In this document: one piece after another, positions 22,768 to 36,610 of the stretch
Layout of the letters: every line of letters starts with the position of its first letter
Numbering within the stretch: the stretch's first letter is position 1
From: Rhina ancylostomus
Taxonomy: Eukaryota
Length of the DNA: 64,000 nucleotides
Direction: 5' to 3'
Assembly: GCA_030265395.1 (NCBI GenBank)
Contig: JARFYF010000002.1
Span: 58,524,156-58,588,155 of the forward strand
Notes under the pieces: generated by a model
Told to the model about the DNA's origin: nothing
Database searches by the model: none
The model's input: the letters and a program-made list of their open reading frames with translations, nothing else
Position numbers and translations under genes: made by a program

Positions 22768-23176
22768 TGTCATGGTTCCGAGTACTGGCCCTCGATTCGG
22801 CTCCATTGATGGTACCTTGTTGTACAGCACATGGAGTCCATGCACGAATAATTGTATAACGACACACACCTGAGCCCGAGCAACTAGCATAAGAACCCTG
22901 GTTTCTCTAGCACTAGTTGCCAGAGTATTGATCAACTTTTGAGTATACTTTCTCTCCTGGCTGTTTAGAGCTCTCAACTCTAGAGCAGTCCTAGTTTCAC
23001 AGTTCCTCTTAGGATATCCAGTTTTTGTGTTGGGTCTCACCCTCAGAGCCCTAAGGCAAGATTCCTTCCAGTTGCTGCCTGTGTTTGGTTCTGTGGGAGT
23101 ATCCTGACTCTAGTCTCGTATCAGTGTGCCGCATTTGGGTTCTTTGTGAGCTTGCTCTTCGCTCAACATTGTGACA
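22768..23176. mobile_element. Solo LTR (fish Gypsy-type), 409 bp
   Basis: Inverted termini TGTCA...TGACA, internal cacacctg followed by a TATA-like ataag, gcatttgggt near the 3' end and retained CpGs. The TSD is imperfect (agcag/tacag). Confidence 0.55.
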
Positions 23177-23894
23177 TACAGGGCTGGTGAGGATGGAGTG
23201 GGTAGGGAGCAAACATGGACAGCTGGTTGAATCAAGTACAATCCAGTCCATTGCTTCACTTTTCCAGCAGTAAGATACCAGTGAATACATGTGTTCATTT
23301 TCTTTCAGTCATGTAATTAATCTCACAGAAATTTCCAACGTAGCCTGTTGGTTAAGACACTCTTTCCAATATCATGCAGGACATTGTGCAGAACAACTTA
23401 TATTAATGGGTGGCAAGAGAATTCATCGTAAAATCACACTTGTGGGTTTTGAAACTCTGGCTTGCAAGTGACAAAACCATATGGGACAGCAGCCTCACCA
23501 ACCACTTTGAACCATTTTTCAGGGCTCTGGCAGTCTTCTACCAGAATAACAGCAAAATATTAGCACTATTTTTAAAATTGGTTGTGAACAGTAATCTTTA
23601 CTTTAAGGTTTCCACCCTTTANNNNNNNNNTCCAGTGACATGAATAATTGCTCTCTGGGCTACAACAATGTTTACAGAAAGTTGCTGAGACACTCCAACA
23701 AGAACTCTTGAATAAATTACACATACTTTGAGCTCCTTGTGTTCCATGTGTAGAAGACTGTACATTCTGCAGAGGAGTTTATTATAAGCAGTTTGATTTT
23801 CTAGTTTGTGCATTAGATCATTTGGCTATCAAAATTTGCTTCAGATTCAAGCTAACCTCAACTTCATGGCACCATTTCCTCCAAATAAAAATAT

Positions 23895-24660
23895 AAGAGC
23901 CTATAAACATATGGAATGGAAGAAAGAAGGGACCTCTTGACTGATCTAACACACTTCTGCTTAGAGTGATTGAACAATTTACAGTGTCAAACATTCTCGC
24001 TCATTTACTTAACCTCCTGAAAGGAATAGTCATCAGTAATAGTTTCAAAAAGAGGAAACAGTAAAATGTTTCCCTAATGTTGGAAAGCAATTGAGTGGAA
24101 AATTCTTTATTAGTCCAAATTATTCAACTTTAGTTGCATTCCACAATCAACATTTTCATGGTCCCAGTAGTACTACAGCCATTTTGCTCCATGATATTTG
24201 TGCCAATCCTTCCCTTAGAGTAAATATACTTTTGTGATAGGATGTTCATCAGATCCTCTCTAAACTGCTGTCTGCAAAATAATTACTTTTCATGGGCTTC
24301 TAATCCACATTTATGGCAAAATAAGATCTTCTAAATTCTATTCATGACTCATGCTTCTTTAATTAACCTATAGTTCTCTTGTTCATTTTTGGAGTACGTA
24401 TACCACTGCCAAAGTTGCAATAATTGCCATTTCCAGTTGTCCTTGAGAAAGTTGTGCCAAGATCTCTGGTTGAATTGCTGTAGTCTGTTTTGTAAATATG
24501 CTCCAATAATTCCAATTCTTTTGCTTCCATTGTTTGCCTCTGTACTATCCCTGTGAACAAGCATCTTTTTGGCTGTTTATTTTTTTTGGTCATTTTGATT
24601 GAGCACCTGGAAGTTTCAGAGTCCTACTCCACTCTTACAAAATCAAGAATTTTAACATAA
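23895..24660 (-). mobile_element. Old CR1 LINE fragments
   Basis: rc DNWKWQLL...ENYRLIK (cf. EDWK.ANV...NYRPISL) and an antisense LINE tail near 23900. Confidence 0.5.
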
Positions 24661-24694
24661 TCTTGAAATGCTGCAGCTAGCTTGGTTTTAGAGA

Positions 24695-25157
24695 CATTGA
24701 ATCACAGAGTCAGATAGCATGGAAGTAGACCCTTCAGCCCACTGAGTCCATGCGAACCTCCAATCACCCATTTTTCACTAATCCTGCACTAATCAATGTT
24801 TTATTCTCTCCAGGAGATGCAAGAGATTGCAGATGCTGGAATCTGGAGCAGAAAACAAACTGCTGGTGCAACTCCAAGGGTCAAGCAACATCTGTGGAAG
24901 CAAGGGGATATATTTTTATTTCCCCCCACATTTTCATTTACTCACCTCAGATACCACCACTCATCTATTTACAGTAGCCAATTAACTTAACAACCCACAT
25001 TTTTAGGATTTGGCAGGTAGCTGGAGCACCCAGAGGACGTCTTAGTGGTCNNNNNNNNNNNNNNNNNNNNNNNNNNNNNNNNNNNNNNNNNNNNNNNNNG
25101 AACACAGGGTCTTTGGCACTGTGAGGCATGAGCTCTATTGTTGCTCCACTCTGCCAC
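24695..25157 (-). mobile_element. HE1/V-SINE-type SINE containing a nested Penelope terminus (about 24813-24910) and a gap
   Basis: Tail gacccttcagcccactgag, V-domain ctggagcacccagagga and head gaacacagggtctttggcactgtgaggc. The nested insert is flanked by ttttattctctcca / ttttatttccccc. Confidence 0.8.
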
Positions 25158-28028
25158 TTCTGGTGTATACATCTGGTAACAATATATTTTTAAGTGAGGA
25201 TGATATGTAAGTTGGAGGGGGAATATGAAATGAAAGTTTGGGGCAATGTTTCTCCTGGATATTAGCTGCTTATGACCAAGATGTTGAGATCGTAAATTTG
25301 GGAAAAGTTGCCAGTGGTGTGGAGAGCAGACATTCAGCTAGTGAATAGAGTTCTGATCAAGTGAAGCTTTTGTCCTGGTTTCTGCCAAGTTTCATGAATG
25401 TTGTCATTGAAGCTGTTATGTGATGGATGTTGAAAATTCTAATATTAAAGATAGATCACTATACTTGTTCATTTTAAGAACAATGAAATATGCTATGATT
25501 GTGCATATTCAAAATGATATTACACAACTCTGAAATGGTCAAAGAACTTAAAATACGATTCTGGGGTCTTGCTTGGTTGTATTGGTTTTCATGGAGATAC
25601 GGCCTTTTACACTCATTTAATGACATTACAATGTAGGCCTACCAGACTGGTCAGACTGATTTCTTGAAGATAAACAATCTTATTGGTTTTATAATTCTTA
25701 TTAAAATATCAAAATATATTTCAAAATTTTTCTGTGGATATCCAACTGCAATGTATAGAAAGAATTAGCAATAATTAAAATTTTATAAGAAAACAAGTGC
25801 AGTAACAAAATTGGGGCCTGTTTAAATAAAATCTCTGCATAGTTTCCCACTACCCTAAGTGGTTGTTTTAATGATATNNNNNNNNNNNNNNNNNNNNNNN
25901 NNNNCAACTTGTGCAAAGTGGACTGTTCTGGGATTAAGAATGCCATGAGTTATTGAGATGCAATCATTAATATGCTATTTATTGGACTGAATCAACTCAA
26001 ATAAAGTCACTTTAAACAAGTTACTTTTTGTTTTGCAATTAGTATGAATTATGCTACCAGTACAATTCGTTAGTGCAATTGAGGTTACTGGAAGTAAAAA
26101 CCAGAGAGTTGTAAAATAGCATCCTTACTCAATACCACCTGTTTCATACTAATGCACAAAGTCTAGACCTGTCCAAGTCATTCTTGAACTTCCTACAAGT
26201 ATGTATATAATTTGTGTTAAATATGGCTTCATTAAATAGATGTGATATTTTTGTCTTTCAGTCATTTCAGTGTGTTCAAATCTTCTCTAAAAGATTCTTA
26301 AAATTGTGTTTCAATGCAAATAGGTTTCTTTTTAATATCACAGAAAAGATTACATGGACCTGCCAAATTTTGACTTTCTAATCAGTCCAATTTTGAACAG
26401 GAACTCTCAGCTATAAACAAAATGAATAACATGATAATGTCTGACTTTGAGTAGTTCTTCATTCCGGCTTGTCACTGGTGAAATTTCATCAAGTATATGA
26501 ACCATTATTATTTTCAAAGACAGGACAACTGGGCAGAAATAGATTTTTGCCTCAGCTTTCCATTGCTCCGTTGTATCTATTTTATATGCAGACTTTTGAA
26601 TGTGTTGGTTTTAATGAAAATACTTTTAATCACATCAGGTAGAACTTGCAATAGATACAGTTTGCACACAATGAATTACAGAGAAGCAGCTATGCATCAG
26701 GAATTATATGGTGGACCTATTAATTCAAATAAGAACCAACTTTCAAACTGTTTTCAGATGTAACCTATAAGTTATAATCAGTTTTGAAATTACAAAGACT
26801 GAACAAACAACACTGTCTGTGAAGGAAACAGGCTGCCAGCCACCAGCAGGAGACCTCTTAAGAAATATGCTTTGGAAACTGATATGACCATAGGACATTC
26901 TCATATGCATTGGCCAAATGTAGAGCTAAACCTTAATTGGTCCACAATGAACAATACAGCAGACATGTTGTGTTAAGATATTTTATACCATTTGACAGAA
27001 TTCAAGGAAGGTTCCAGACTGGCTGTTTTGCCATTTAGCACATCAGATGTAGTCATGGGCATATTTGTTCTGTCAATTAATACTTGGAGCTTCATGCACT
27101 CACAACACCGCGATTAAAAAATGAATATTTTGGTCTGGGGTTTTTATCCTCAAAAGTTTTTAGACCATCCACATGAACAATTTTATCCCAGCAAAGATGT
27201 TCAATTATTCAGAATGTTGCCAGTTAAGATGCAATTCTATGGAACCATTTGTCTACACTCAAAATATTGAAGTCTCTGCAATTGTAACTATTGAAATAGT
27301 ATTTAATGGTCTGCTGTTGGCATTGTGGTTAAGGAGTATAAAAACATGATGAATTTTCATTCAGGGAGATGCCACCATGAAATTCTTCCATCAGGTCTCC
27401 CACCAGTGTGTCGGCTTATATTGAATAAACACTCTGTACACATAAAATTTCTTGAGTGTGTTATATAAGCATTAACAAGTTTATATGCAAGCATGACTGA
27501 TCAGAAGGTCTATGCTCATAAATCAGGACTTCAAAGTGGTCATTTGGCATTCGCATCCAAGTCCAATGTTGTTCTACATGCTCAAGTGCTTCTGTAGATA
27601 CGTATGCTTTGACAGAGTAAACGTTTTACAGCTGCACTGTATGATAGAAAAGCAGTATTGTTTTTCCACTTACAAGATATGCTCTACTTGCGTGTGTGTA
27701 AAGAAGGCTTACTAGCAGAGTGAGTTAGCATGTTCTCCTTTTGGTTTGCGTTTGCATGCATTCTAGAATGATAAGATGAAAGTTTTATGTCAGCCATAAT
27801 GATTTTACCGGTTAAGTTTGTTATTTAACAAAGGATTGTGAAATGGAACTGTCAATTATTTGGTATTGGTTTGAGAAGTGGAATCATTGCAGTGCTACAT
27901 AAAGGTGTTTGAACATTTGACCCAGATGTATTTCAATAGAAACAGGTGGAGCCTGAGCAATTGTTTCTAGTGGCTGGATACTTTATTCTTAGAGTACGGA
28001 CTATAGCTCTGGTTTTAGGAACATTGTA

Positions 28029-28403
28029 CAGGTTGAAACTGTCTGGTCCAACAACCCCCACGGTCTGGCATGTTTTGAATCTGTAATACAGATCTGTACT
28101 AATTTACTAATTCTAACTAAGATCTCACTAAAACCTAAAATTAACTAAGATTCATACTATTCTATAGCTAATTAACGTACCATGCAAATTTTGTAATCTC
28201 GCTAACAGCATTTCTGACTTATGGAAACCTTGGATTACAGACAGTTCTTGGAACCCTTGCATTTCCAGAGGAGTGCCCATACTTAAAAAGATCAGTTCTT
28301 CTGCTCAGAGGAAGATGATCAGTGGTAATTTCTGTGGTCTATGTTTTCTGTGGTCCAGCATCAATCTGGTCCCAAGGGTGTCAGACAAGAGAGATTCAAC
28401 CTT
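28029..28403. mobile_element. Tigger-like MITE (Tc1/mariner superfamily)
   Basis: TA + CAGGTTGAAACTGTCTGGTCC at the left end; the right end rc reads GGTTGAATCTCTCTTGTCTGACACCC (imperfect TIRs). No ORF. Confidence 0.5.
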
Positions 28404-31400
28404 CATTTCCTTCCAGCTGCTTGGGAAAGGCACCAACAAATGGATCTTGTGTCCCGTAATCCTGATGCTGTTCAGTCACATGATCTGTGTTTGCTGAGAC
28501 GTGACCCAGAATAAGTAATTACTCGAGCCGAAGTAAACTTTACTTACATGCATTCAACAGCTGGAGCTTTTTCATATTTGTTTCAAATAAATATTGCAAC
28601 CAGAATGTCACCACACAGATCAAAGGATTTACTGGTTAAAGTTACAGTAGTATTTATACAAGTTCAAAGAGCACACAGAAGCAAAAGAAACAAGATAAAA
28701 ATGGAGCAAATACTACAGAGGTTACTGATCAAACAAACAAAGATTAATATGCTCTTTCTAAAGGATTTTCTGCTGCAGAGCTACCAAAGTAATCTTTTGT
28801 CACTTTGAGACTTGTATACTCTGTGTTTTTGATTTTGTGGAAGCTGTTAATACTCAGGAAGCAACAAAATCGCCCAGTTGTTTCACATTTCTAGCATTTT
28901 CTGTTTTTATCTCTCCATTCAACCACTTTTATGACAAAATCTAAATTATACAACGAGCTTCCCTTTGATGCCCATAATTGAAATGATAGTGGAATTGCTT
29001 CACCATAAAACAATTCACAATATAATAGATATGTCTTTAAACAAACAGATAATACAAATACAAAATAACAAACTGGTTGTCATCATAGACTACAATTGTA
29101 GTCAAAGAAACATCAGTACATTGTACTCTGCTTCTGAAATTCATCTCATTGATGTCCATTAAATTGAATTTCAGAGGCAAAGTACAATGTTGTGACACTA
29201 CCATATAGCACATTTGGTACTATTAAGTGGGGATGAATTTTACTGAAACAAATGAGCAATGTAGAACAATACTTGATTTAGAGATGAAGAAGGGTTAAAA
29301 ATTCGATTTGTTATTACAAATAATAGGGGAGAATTTTAAAGGTGGGCAGTCCCTATAAAAATTCACAATGTCAAGTTAAAAACAATCAGCAAATACTGCT
29401 TGTTTTTTTTGATTGTTTCATATTCTAGGGCAAACTTACAAAATGTTTTTGCACCAATGCTCTTGCAGCGAATGGAAATGATGCCCAGTATAGATGTAAA
29501 TATTGGAATTAATGTTTTGATGTTGTGAGAGCATTATATTTCAAATATGTTGTTGCGACCACCGTATTATGCAGGTGCCCTGACTGAGACAAACATTTTA
29601 ATGAATAGAGAAAGGGGTGGAAATGCAGCAGAATGAATTTCTGCCCTTACAACACCCTAATAAGGTGATATCTAAAATAATCTCACAATTCCCTTGAATC
29701 AACCTTTCAATAATGGTTTCTGAGTCAAACCACAGTCAGTTATTTTCATCATTTTTGTATGAGGAAGACTTAACTTATCTACATATAGAGAAATCTAATT
29801 ATCCTGGCCCAGGCAATTCACCATAGGCTTGTGAAGTCTTTGTTACTGTTAGTAGTAGTATAATTGTGCTGTTTATGAATATTATTCCTGCTTTTGACAA
29901 ATTATACCAAATGGCAGACAGAGGAAAATTGCAGCATTAGTACTTAAAGACAATTTTCCCCTGTACACTGCAAAAATAATAAAACTCACTTCACCCTGAA
30001 ATCAGTGAATGGAGATTTCTCACTGCCCAAGACAAATAAGCAGAACACCTAGGCTCTTATTCTATGATTTAGCTGACAAACGCTTATGTTTGTCTTGGAT
30101 TATATTTGATATCTGGTAAACATTGCTCTGGACTTATGGAAACAGTCAACTGGAATGTATCCAAAACAAGTTCTGTGTAATAAGCTTCTTTGCAGTGAGT
30201 GTACGGGAATACTGATGTCAAGCAGCAACTATTCTGGTATTGTAAAATACAATTATGCTGCTGTATATCAAATAATGTATAGATGATTATGTTGATCCGA
30301 TAGAAACAGGCAATAATTTCTACAGTTTTAAATGTTGGTCGTGCCAAAGCTACAGGGATATTAGTGAACAAAGGCTAAATGGGCCCCTTAATTACAGTGG
30401 AATGGGGCTTTAATGTGCCCAGGCCAGAATATGTATTAGTTAGGTCTGTTTGTTTTGCAGTGACCTATGGGGCCTTTGTCTGGTATATGTAGTTATTTTA
30501 CAACTTAATAAACTTATTGAGGTCTAGCTNNNNNNTTTGCCCCTTCACCGCCAGTTGGAGATGGAAACCTTATGAAAAGTAACTGAGTTTCCTTTTACCT
30601 GACCGCCCACTTGAGTTCACTGCACATAACAAATGCTTCTATGGAGTGTAATGTTTGTGTGAATGTCTCAGGTTGGAAGTTACAAGATTTATGCATTAGA
30701 TATTTTCCATTAAAATCTCTAGTTCTGTCACTCAGTTATCTCAGTTATTTCATGCCAGTTGTGATAATTGGTCTGCGTAAACAAATACTCCATTCATTAG
30801 AGGAAAGTGGTACAAAGTATTAGAAGTACCATTTTCTCTTGGCAATTCATATTTGAGTGCAACCCAAACTAAGGGGATCAAGGTTGAACCTCTTACAACA
30901 GTTTTTGATTGCTGAGTTGGATTCACAAATCTGCTCTAAGTGCATACAAATTCACATTTATTGATCTCCCCTATATAGTATTAAAAGATTGCAATTTTGT
31001 AGTTATAATTAGAAACACCACAAAAATTAAAAAAAAAACAGGCAGAATGATATATCCCTCTGCTCCTTTGTCAGTGACAAATCTATAATTCATTACATAC
31101 ATGCACTCTTAAATTTTCTTTCCAAATTCAGCTGTCTTGCTACAATACTCTTAATCTATAAATCCTTCTAAAATCCTTACTCTTTGACAATGCCTTTGGC
31201 TTCCTTCCCTAACTTTCCTTCTAAATCTGTTTCATGTTTGTTGCTTCGCTCTCCTGTTCTAGGTAGGCACAATCTTTGCCAAAGCACCTTCAAAAATATG
31301 CCATAACGAAGTGCATCTTATCAATGCAGGGTTAAGTTGGGAGCATTGGTACATAATATAGGCTTTCAAGCAGGAGGACCATGATAGATATCCAGGCGAT

Positions 31401-33385
31401 CCCCAATGTTGTATGTAATTGTTTTCTATTGATAAATGATGGTACTACTTTCCTTTGTGTAGTTGACATTGTCTTTGGGACGAAAGGCAGGGGTCTCAGA
31501 AACTTTCAGAAATCATTGATAGAGAGAATCAGGAAATAACAGATGCATTAAATAAATTCTTCAAATTAGTCTTCACAAATGACAACCACAGTCCAGTCAT
31601 GTAGAGCCAGGAAACATTGAAACAAGCAAACATCTGTAAAGCATTTGTTATGATGAAACTCAAAACATTAAATATCTAGAAGGCTCTTAGTTCTGTGGAA
31701 AACTCCTTTGATATTTTTTAAAGAAAATTAAAGAAAAAAAATGATTCCCAGGCAAAGGACTGATGCAGTGTGTTAAAAGTTTTTCCATCTTGGGAACTTA
31801 TGTCAGAATGCAAACATAAACAGTTCATATTTTAAATATAGGTACTGGACTTAACCTAGCAGCATAAAAAATGTAATGGTTTGGGTTTTACCAGCATCAC
31901 CTGAGGAACAGGGATTCCATGGCTCAGTGGTAATGAATCCTCTTCTGAATTGGAAGATGCAGCAACTCTAATCAGACACATCTAATGAGTGGAGGTTACT
32001 CTGGTTATGAATTTTGGGTTGGCATCCAAATGATTGTGGCCCTCGCCTTCACAGTATGGGATATGGGAGCCTCTAAAGTCGTCCTGCCATATGGGACTAA
32101 CAGTCTTGTCAGCGGTTATGAGATGTCACGGAAGTTTAATTACATGGGACTGTTAACTAGTTTGGACAATTTCCATTTCTTAACATTCTTCTCTGAGTAA
32201 AACACATGAAGAGTTGCAGTCCACAAAAGTAAAGGTCAACTTTAATGGTTTGGGTATTGCTGTGAGGACACTCATTGCTAATGTACAGTTTCCCAGAAAT
32301 TTATTGCAGGCCTGTCGATGGAGATTTCTATTAATTCAGTGTGCCAATGTGCACTGTGGATTTATTGTATCCACAAGTGGCTAAAGCAGCACAAAGACTC
32401 AAGGAAACATGCAGATTGCAAAACAGGAGGCAAAAAGCAATGAATACAATCATAGTTAAATCAGTGCACGGGAATAGAAGTATATATTGGGACATAAATA
32501 TGGGGTTAAAAGATAGACATAAAGGAGAAAAAATGAAAAGCTGTAAACTATTTAAATCAGCATTTTACAAGAAATATGAATTGATATTTCCTTGTGAGAG
32601 AATATTCATACAATAACCTTTATGGAACTAGAGGTTGCTCAGCAGTAATTATTATGAATTACCTTGTTAATAAAAATCAATTACTCCTGGTTGTATAAAT
32701 CCAAACTTTTCCATCTATCTTTAGAGCGAAGACAATTACCAGTTTTGTAACATTACAGTGGTCTCTGTGCAGATTCCATCAGCAAGGATTGTAACAGTGT
32801 AATCCGTAGAGGAGGTTATTGATGACAGCAATTTGCAGGTTTCCGCACTTAACTGCTCATTTACCTGAAGTTGCTGTCAGTCTGAGCCAGTAAGAACATC
32901 AAATTCTGTCAGCCTCAACATGTGAAGCAGTCCCACATGAATCTAAATTATTGCTAAAGTCCTACCAAAACCACAGGATGAACTTCAAAACAAAATGCAG
33001 CGGGGTTGTAGACAAGATAGACAAATCTGTGAAAATTATTATTTACTTTTATGAGTTGTGGTGATATGCAGAAGTCAGTAGGCAAAATTGCTTCTGGAGG
33101 GAGGAGGAAACAGCTTCAGCTAAGCAAGCACCTTTACATTTTTTAAGATCAGTTAAATCATGCCATCAAATCACTTAAGCGTGTATTTTACCATTGGAAT
33201 TTTTCAGTGTACATCATTTGATGCATTGCAGTTCATTGTTCTGTTCCAGGGATGTGATTTGTTTGGTTTGCAAGGACTCTTTGTAGAAGTGGGTGGCTCT
33301 GAGGTTTGGGGAGACTAGGCAGGCAGATGGCAATCTCCATGAGTAGCCATAATGGAGGCAGGAACCCCAGGAATGGAAGAGAGTT

Positions 33386-33434
33386 GGACAATCATGTTCA
33401 TTGCAGGACAATCATGTTCATTGCAAGACAATCA
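33386..33434. repeat. 20-bp tandem repeat, about 2.4 copies
   Basis: ggacaatcatgttcattgca twice, then agacaatca. Confidence 0.95.
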
Positions 33435-33984
33435 ACAATTTCTGTAATGTAACAATGTAGATAGAGCTCAGTTATTGTTAAATAAGAATCGATAGGAAAT
33501 CATTGATTTCACTTCCTGGTGATAGAATGGTTTCTAAGCAGGAATCATCATCAAACTTTATTTGTGCATATCACAGTAACCTCTTACAAATGGTGCAAAT
33601 AGTAATTGGTCTTAACATAAAACATACCGCTTAAAACCATTGTTGAAATAGAAATATTGCTTTCGTCAAATTAGAAAATGTTATCCTTCCATATTTTTCT
33701 CAAGCAAGATGAATACCTTAAGTCTAATGTTTATTGCCCTTCTTTAGTTGCTGTGAGAAGGTGGTAATAAGCTTTCTTTCTGAACCACCATGGTCCATGT
33801 ATTGAAGGCACTCTCACAGTTGTGTTTGGGGGTGACAGGTTGACAGTTCTGCGTAAAAGGTGTTAGACTTGAAGATTGTGTTGAGGAAGTTAAGGAAGTT
33901 TCACAAACCAGCAAAGGAAGGTAAAGGTATGGATATAGCAGATGATAGAGTATGGGAGCAACCTAGCAAGAAATATAAATCAGA

Positions 33985-35680
33985 TTTAAACTATAAGTAA
34001 GGGATAAGTGAAAGGAATCATCGGTTCTTTGGAAGGAGAGAAAGAAAATTTATAATAGAGAATAAGAGTAGACATAGATACTAAATTTATGCATCAGTGT
34101 TCATAGCAGAAGACATTAAAAAAAAGCTAAAATAGTGAGATCCAGGATCTAATGGAGATTTTAATTTACATGTTAAAGAAATGAAGGTACTTATATACTA
34201 CTGACAAAAGTGCATCTCTGAAGGCCTACCCTCAAGAGCTTTAAAAGAGATGGAGTAGAGTTAGAAGATGCAATGATTTTTATCTTACAGAATTTACTAC
34301 ATTCTAGAGTGGTTTGTATCTTCCAAGGCATTAAATGTAATTTTGCTACTCATTGAAGAAAGAGAAAAATATTACAACTAAGACTTTGTTAGCAACATCA
34401 GCAATAGAGAAGATGATAAAAGCTATTAACAGAGCATCATGACGTTCATTATGATTAGGCAGCATTAATATAATTTTATAAAAGGGAAAGTGCATTTGGC
34501 AAATCTATTCACATTTTTCTGCAGATATGGTGAGCAGCATAGGTAAATGTGAACTTCCAGGGGATATGGTATCTTGTTTTAAAATGGTGCCATTGAAAAG
34601 GTTGCAATGCAAGATTCAAGCTCTTGGATTTAAGAATCATAGCATAAATTGAAAATTAGCTGGAAGACAGAAAAGAAAGTTAGAATAATTGAGCCAATAT
34701 TTGGTTGGGTGCCACAAGGCTCAATAGTTTGTCCTCAGCTATGTAAAGTCTTTAATAAAGCTTTAAGATGAGGGGACCCCAGTGTGCTGATGATACAAAA
34801 CAAGGTGACAAAGTAAACTGTGAAGAGGATACAGAAAGATTGCAAAGGAATATAGAAGAGTTAAATAATTGGACAAGTGAGAAGCAGATAGGATACACTG
34901 TGGGGAAATAAAAAAAAAAATTCTGTTTGATAGAAAGAATATAAAACATTACTTAAAATGATGAGAAATTAGTATATGTTGGCACCTGGAAGGATTTGGG
35001 CCCCTTTGCACATGAATCACAAATGTGCAGCTACCAATTAGGAAAACAAGTAGTATGTTAGCTTTTATTGCAAAAGAGTTGGGGTCTTGGAGTGATGAAA
35101 GTGAGATCCCTCTGAGGTTACGTGGTCAGGATGCAAGATAAACTGCTGTATGTACACTGAACTCATTCTGAAATTGGACTCCATTGACTACAATCTAACA
35201 ACTATTTATAAGCAGACTGTAGCACACTGTATGCTATTATTCTTGCAGTTGACATGTAATTGAGTGAATTTTCACTCTATGGACCACAGTGTGAAATGAA
35301 GGTTTGATTAATTCTTGGGTAGGAGGACTGGAGTTTGGAGTAATGAAAAGTAATCTTACTGAAATGTTTACAGATGTTTGAAAAATAGATGCAGTAAATA
35401 CTGAGAGACTGTTTTGTTTTGCTGAGGATCTAGAACTAAGGCTCATTAGCTCAGGATGAAGATCAGTGCCTTAGGACTGAGATAAGGCTTTTTTCATTCA
35501 TTGGGAAGTAAATCTTTGGAAAACTCAACACAAGGATGATCAATTGATGACTATATTGAAGTGAGATTGAAAACAAGTATTGACATGCTTTAAGGAAGCT
35601 GGAGTTGAGGCAGAAGATCAACCACAATTTTATTGACTGACAGAACACGCTTGAGATGCATCATGGCCTACTCCTGCCTT
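33985..35680 (+). mobile_element. Long decayed CR1 LINE (ORF2 to 3' tail)
   Basis: Successive remnants: fyasvf-like tttatgcatcagtgttca, GVPQG-like gggtgccacaaggctca, ADDTK (gctgatgatacaaaa), ERLQRNIEEL and the tail atggcctactcctgcc. Confidence 0.8.
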
Positions 35681-35739
35681 TGTTACAACATAAAAGAAAA
35701 CTCTACAAGCTTACATTTGGATGAGCAGAGTAGGAGAAA

Positions 35740-36610
35740 TATCCCACTAACTTGTCTGAGAAAATGGACGAGCTACATTTTGGAAAATGTATTATATTCA
35801 TTCACACAGAATAAGCCAGCTAGTTTATAATGGTGCCTGCTCTTATTAGCTGGCTTTTCCATCTGTGTGCTACATGACAGTACAAGTGGAAATCAATTGA
35901 GGTTGCTTGCCATGTGGGTCTCCAGGATGATAATGGAATACTGATTCCTGCAAACCACTGTGCTACAGAGAAGACTGCAGGTGGAGGACAAGGACAACTA
36001 CCATCTTAACAATCACCATTCTCAGTGTTCCCGTGGTTCAGCAATTGATATAATGAATTCAGCATATGTGAATCAGAGATATTTGTAATTCCTTCACTTG
36101 CAATCTACATATCTCATCATCTCCAGTTGAAAGGATCAACTTATTTTCAGGACATTCCTTGTATCCAAGCTATTCTATTTGAGGCATCCTACCTTCAATA
36201 TTTCTCCCTCAGGTTTTGCACTCTCATTTTATGCTTGAGGCAAAGAAACAGACTTACCTGAAGAATGCAATGCTCTCAGTGAGATTGACTATGAAACTGA
36301 GGAATCATAGTGCATAAGGGGTAGATGGATAAATGGGCAGTTGGGCTAGGGTGTGTGAAATGTGATGGAGTATACTGAGCAAAGGTTGTGAGGGTGACGG
36401 TGGGAGTTGAGGTCATGCTTAAAGTTTGGAATGCAGTTGAATCAGCAAATACACTTACTTTTCCTGATCTGACTGTAATTAAACCAGTTCGTGCACTGAT
36501 CTGAGCTTTACATTAATCACCCACATCTTTTTGGTGTCCACTGTAGGTCCTTTCCTCCAATTATTGGGGAAAAGGATGCCATTCCCTTCTCCCAGACCTG
36601 ACTGGCACTT
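35740..36610. mobile_element. Internally deleted Harbinger element: transposase remnant (+) and Myb/SANT exon remnant (-), convergent
   Basis: + strand: LAGF..HDST (cf. IAGFP...IDCTHV) fused to VSRMIMEY*FLQTTVLQRRLQVEDKD (cf. VSRIIVVCC.LHN.A.QRG). - strand 36600 to 36459: GILFPNNWRKGPTVDTKKMW...QCTNWFN..RSGK followed by the donor gtaagt. Confidence 0.6.

Noticed and set aside
27371-27414. Perfect Kozak GCCACCATG
   Set aside because: The ORF is only 15 codons, with no promoter context or good donor; one such match is plausible by chance.
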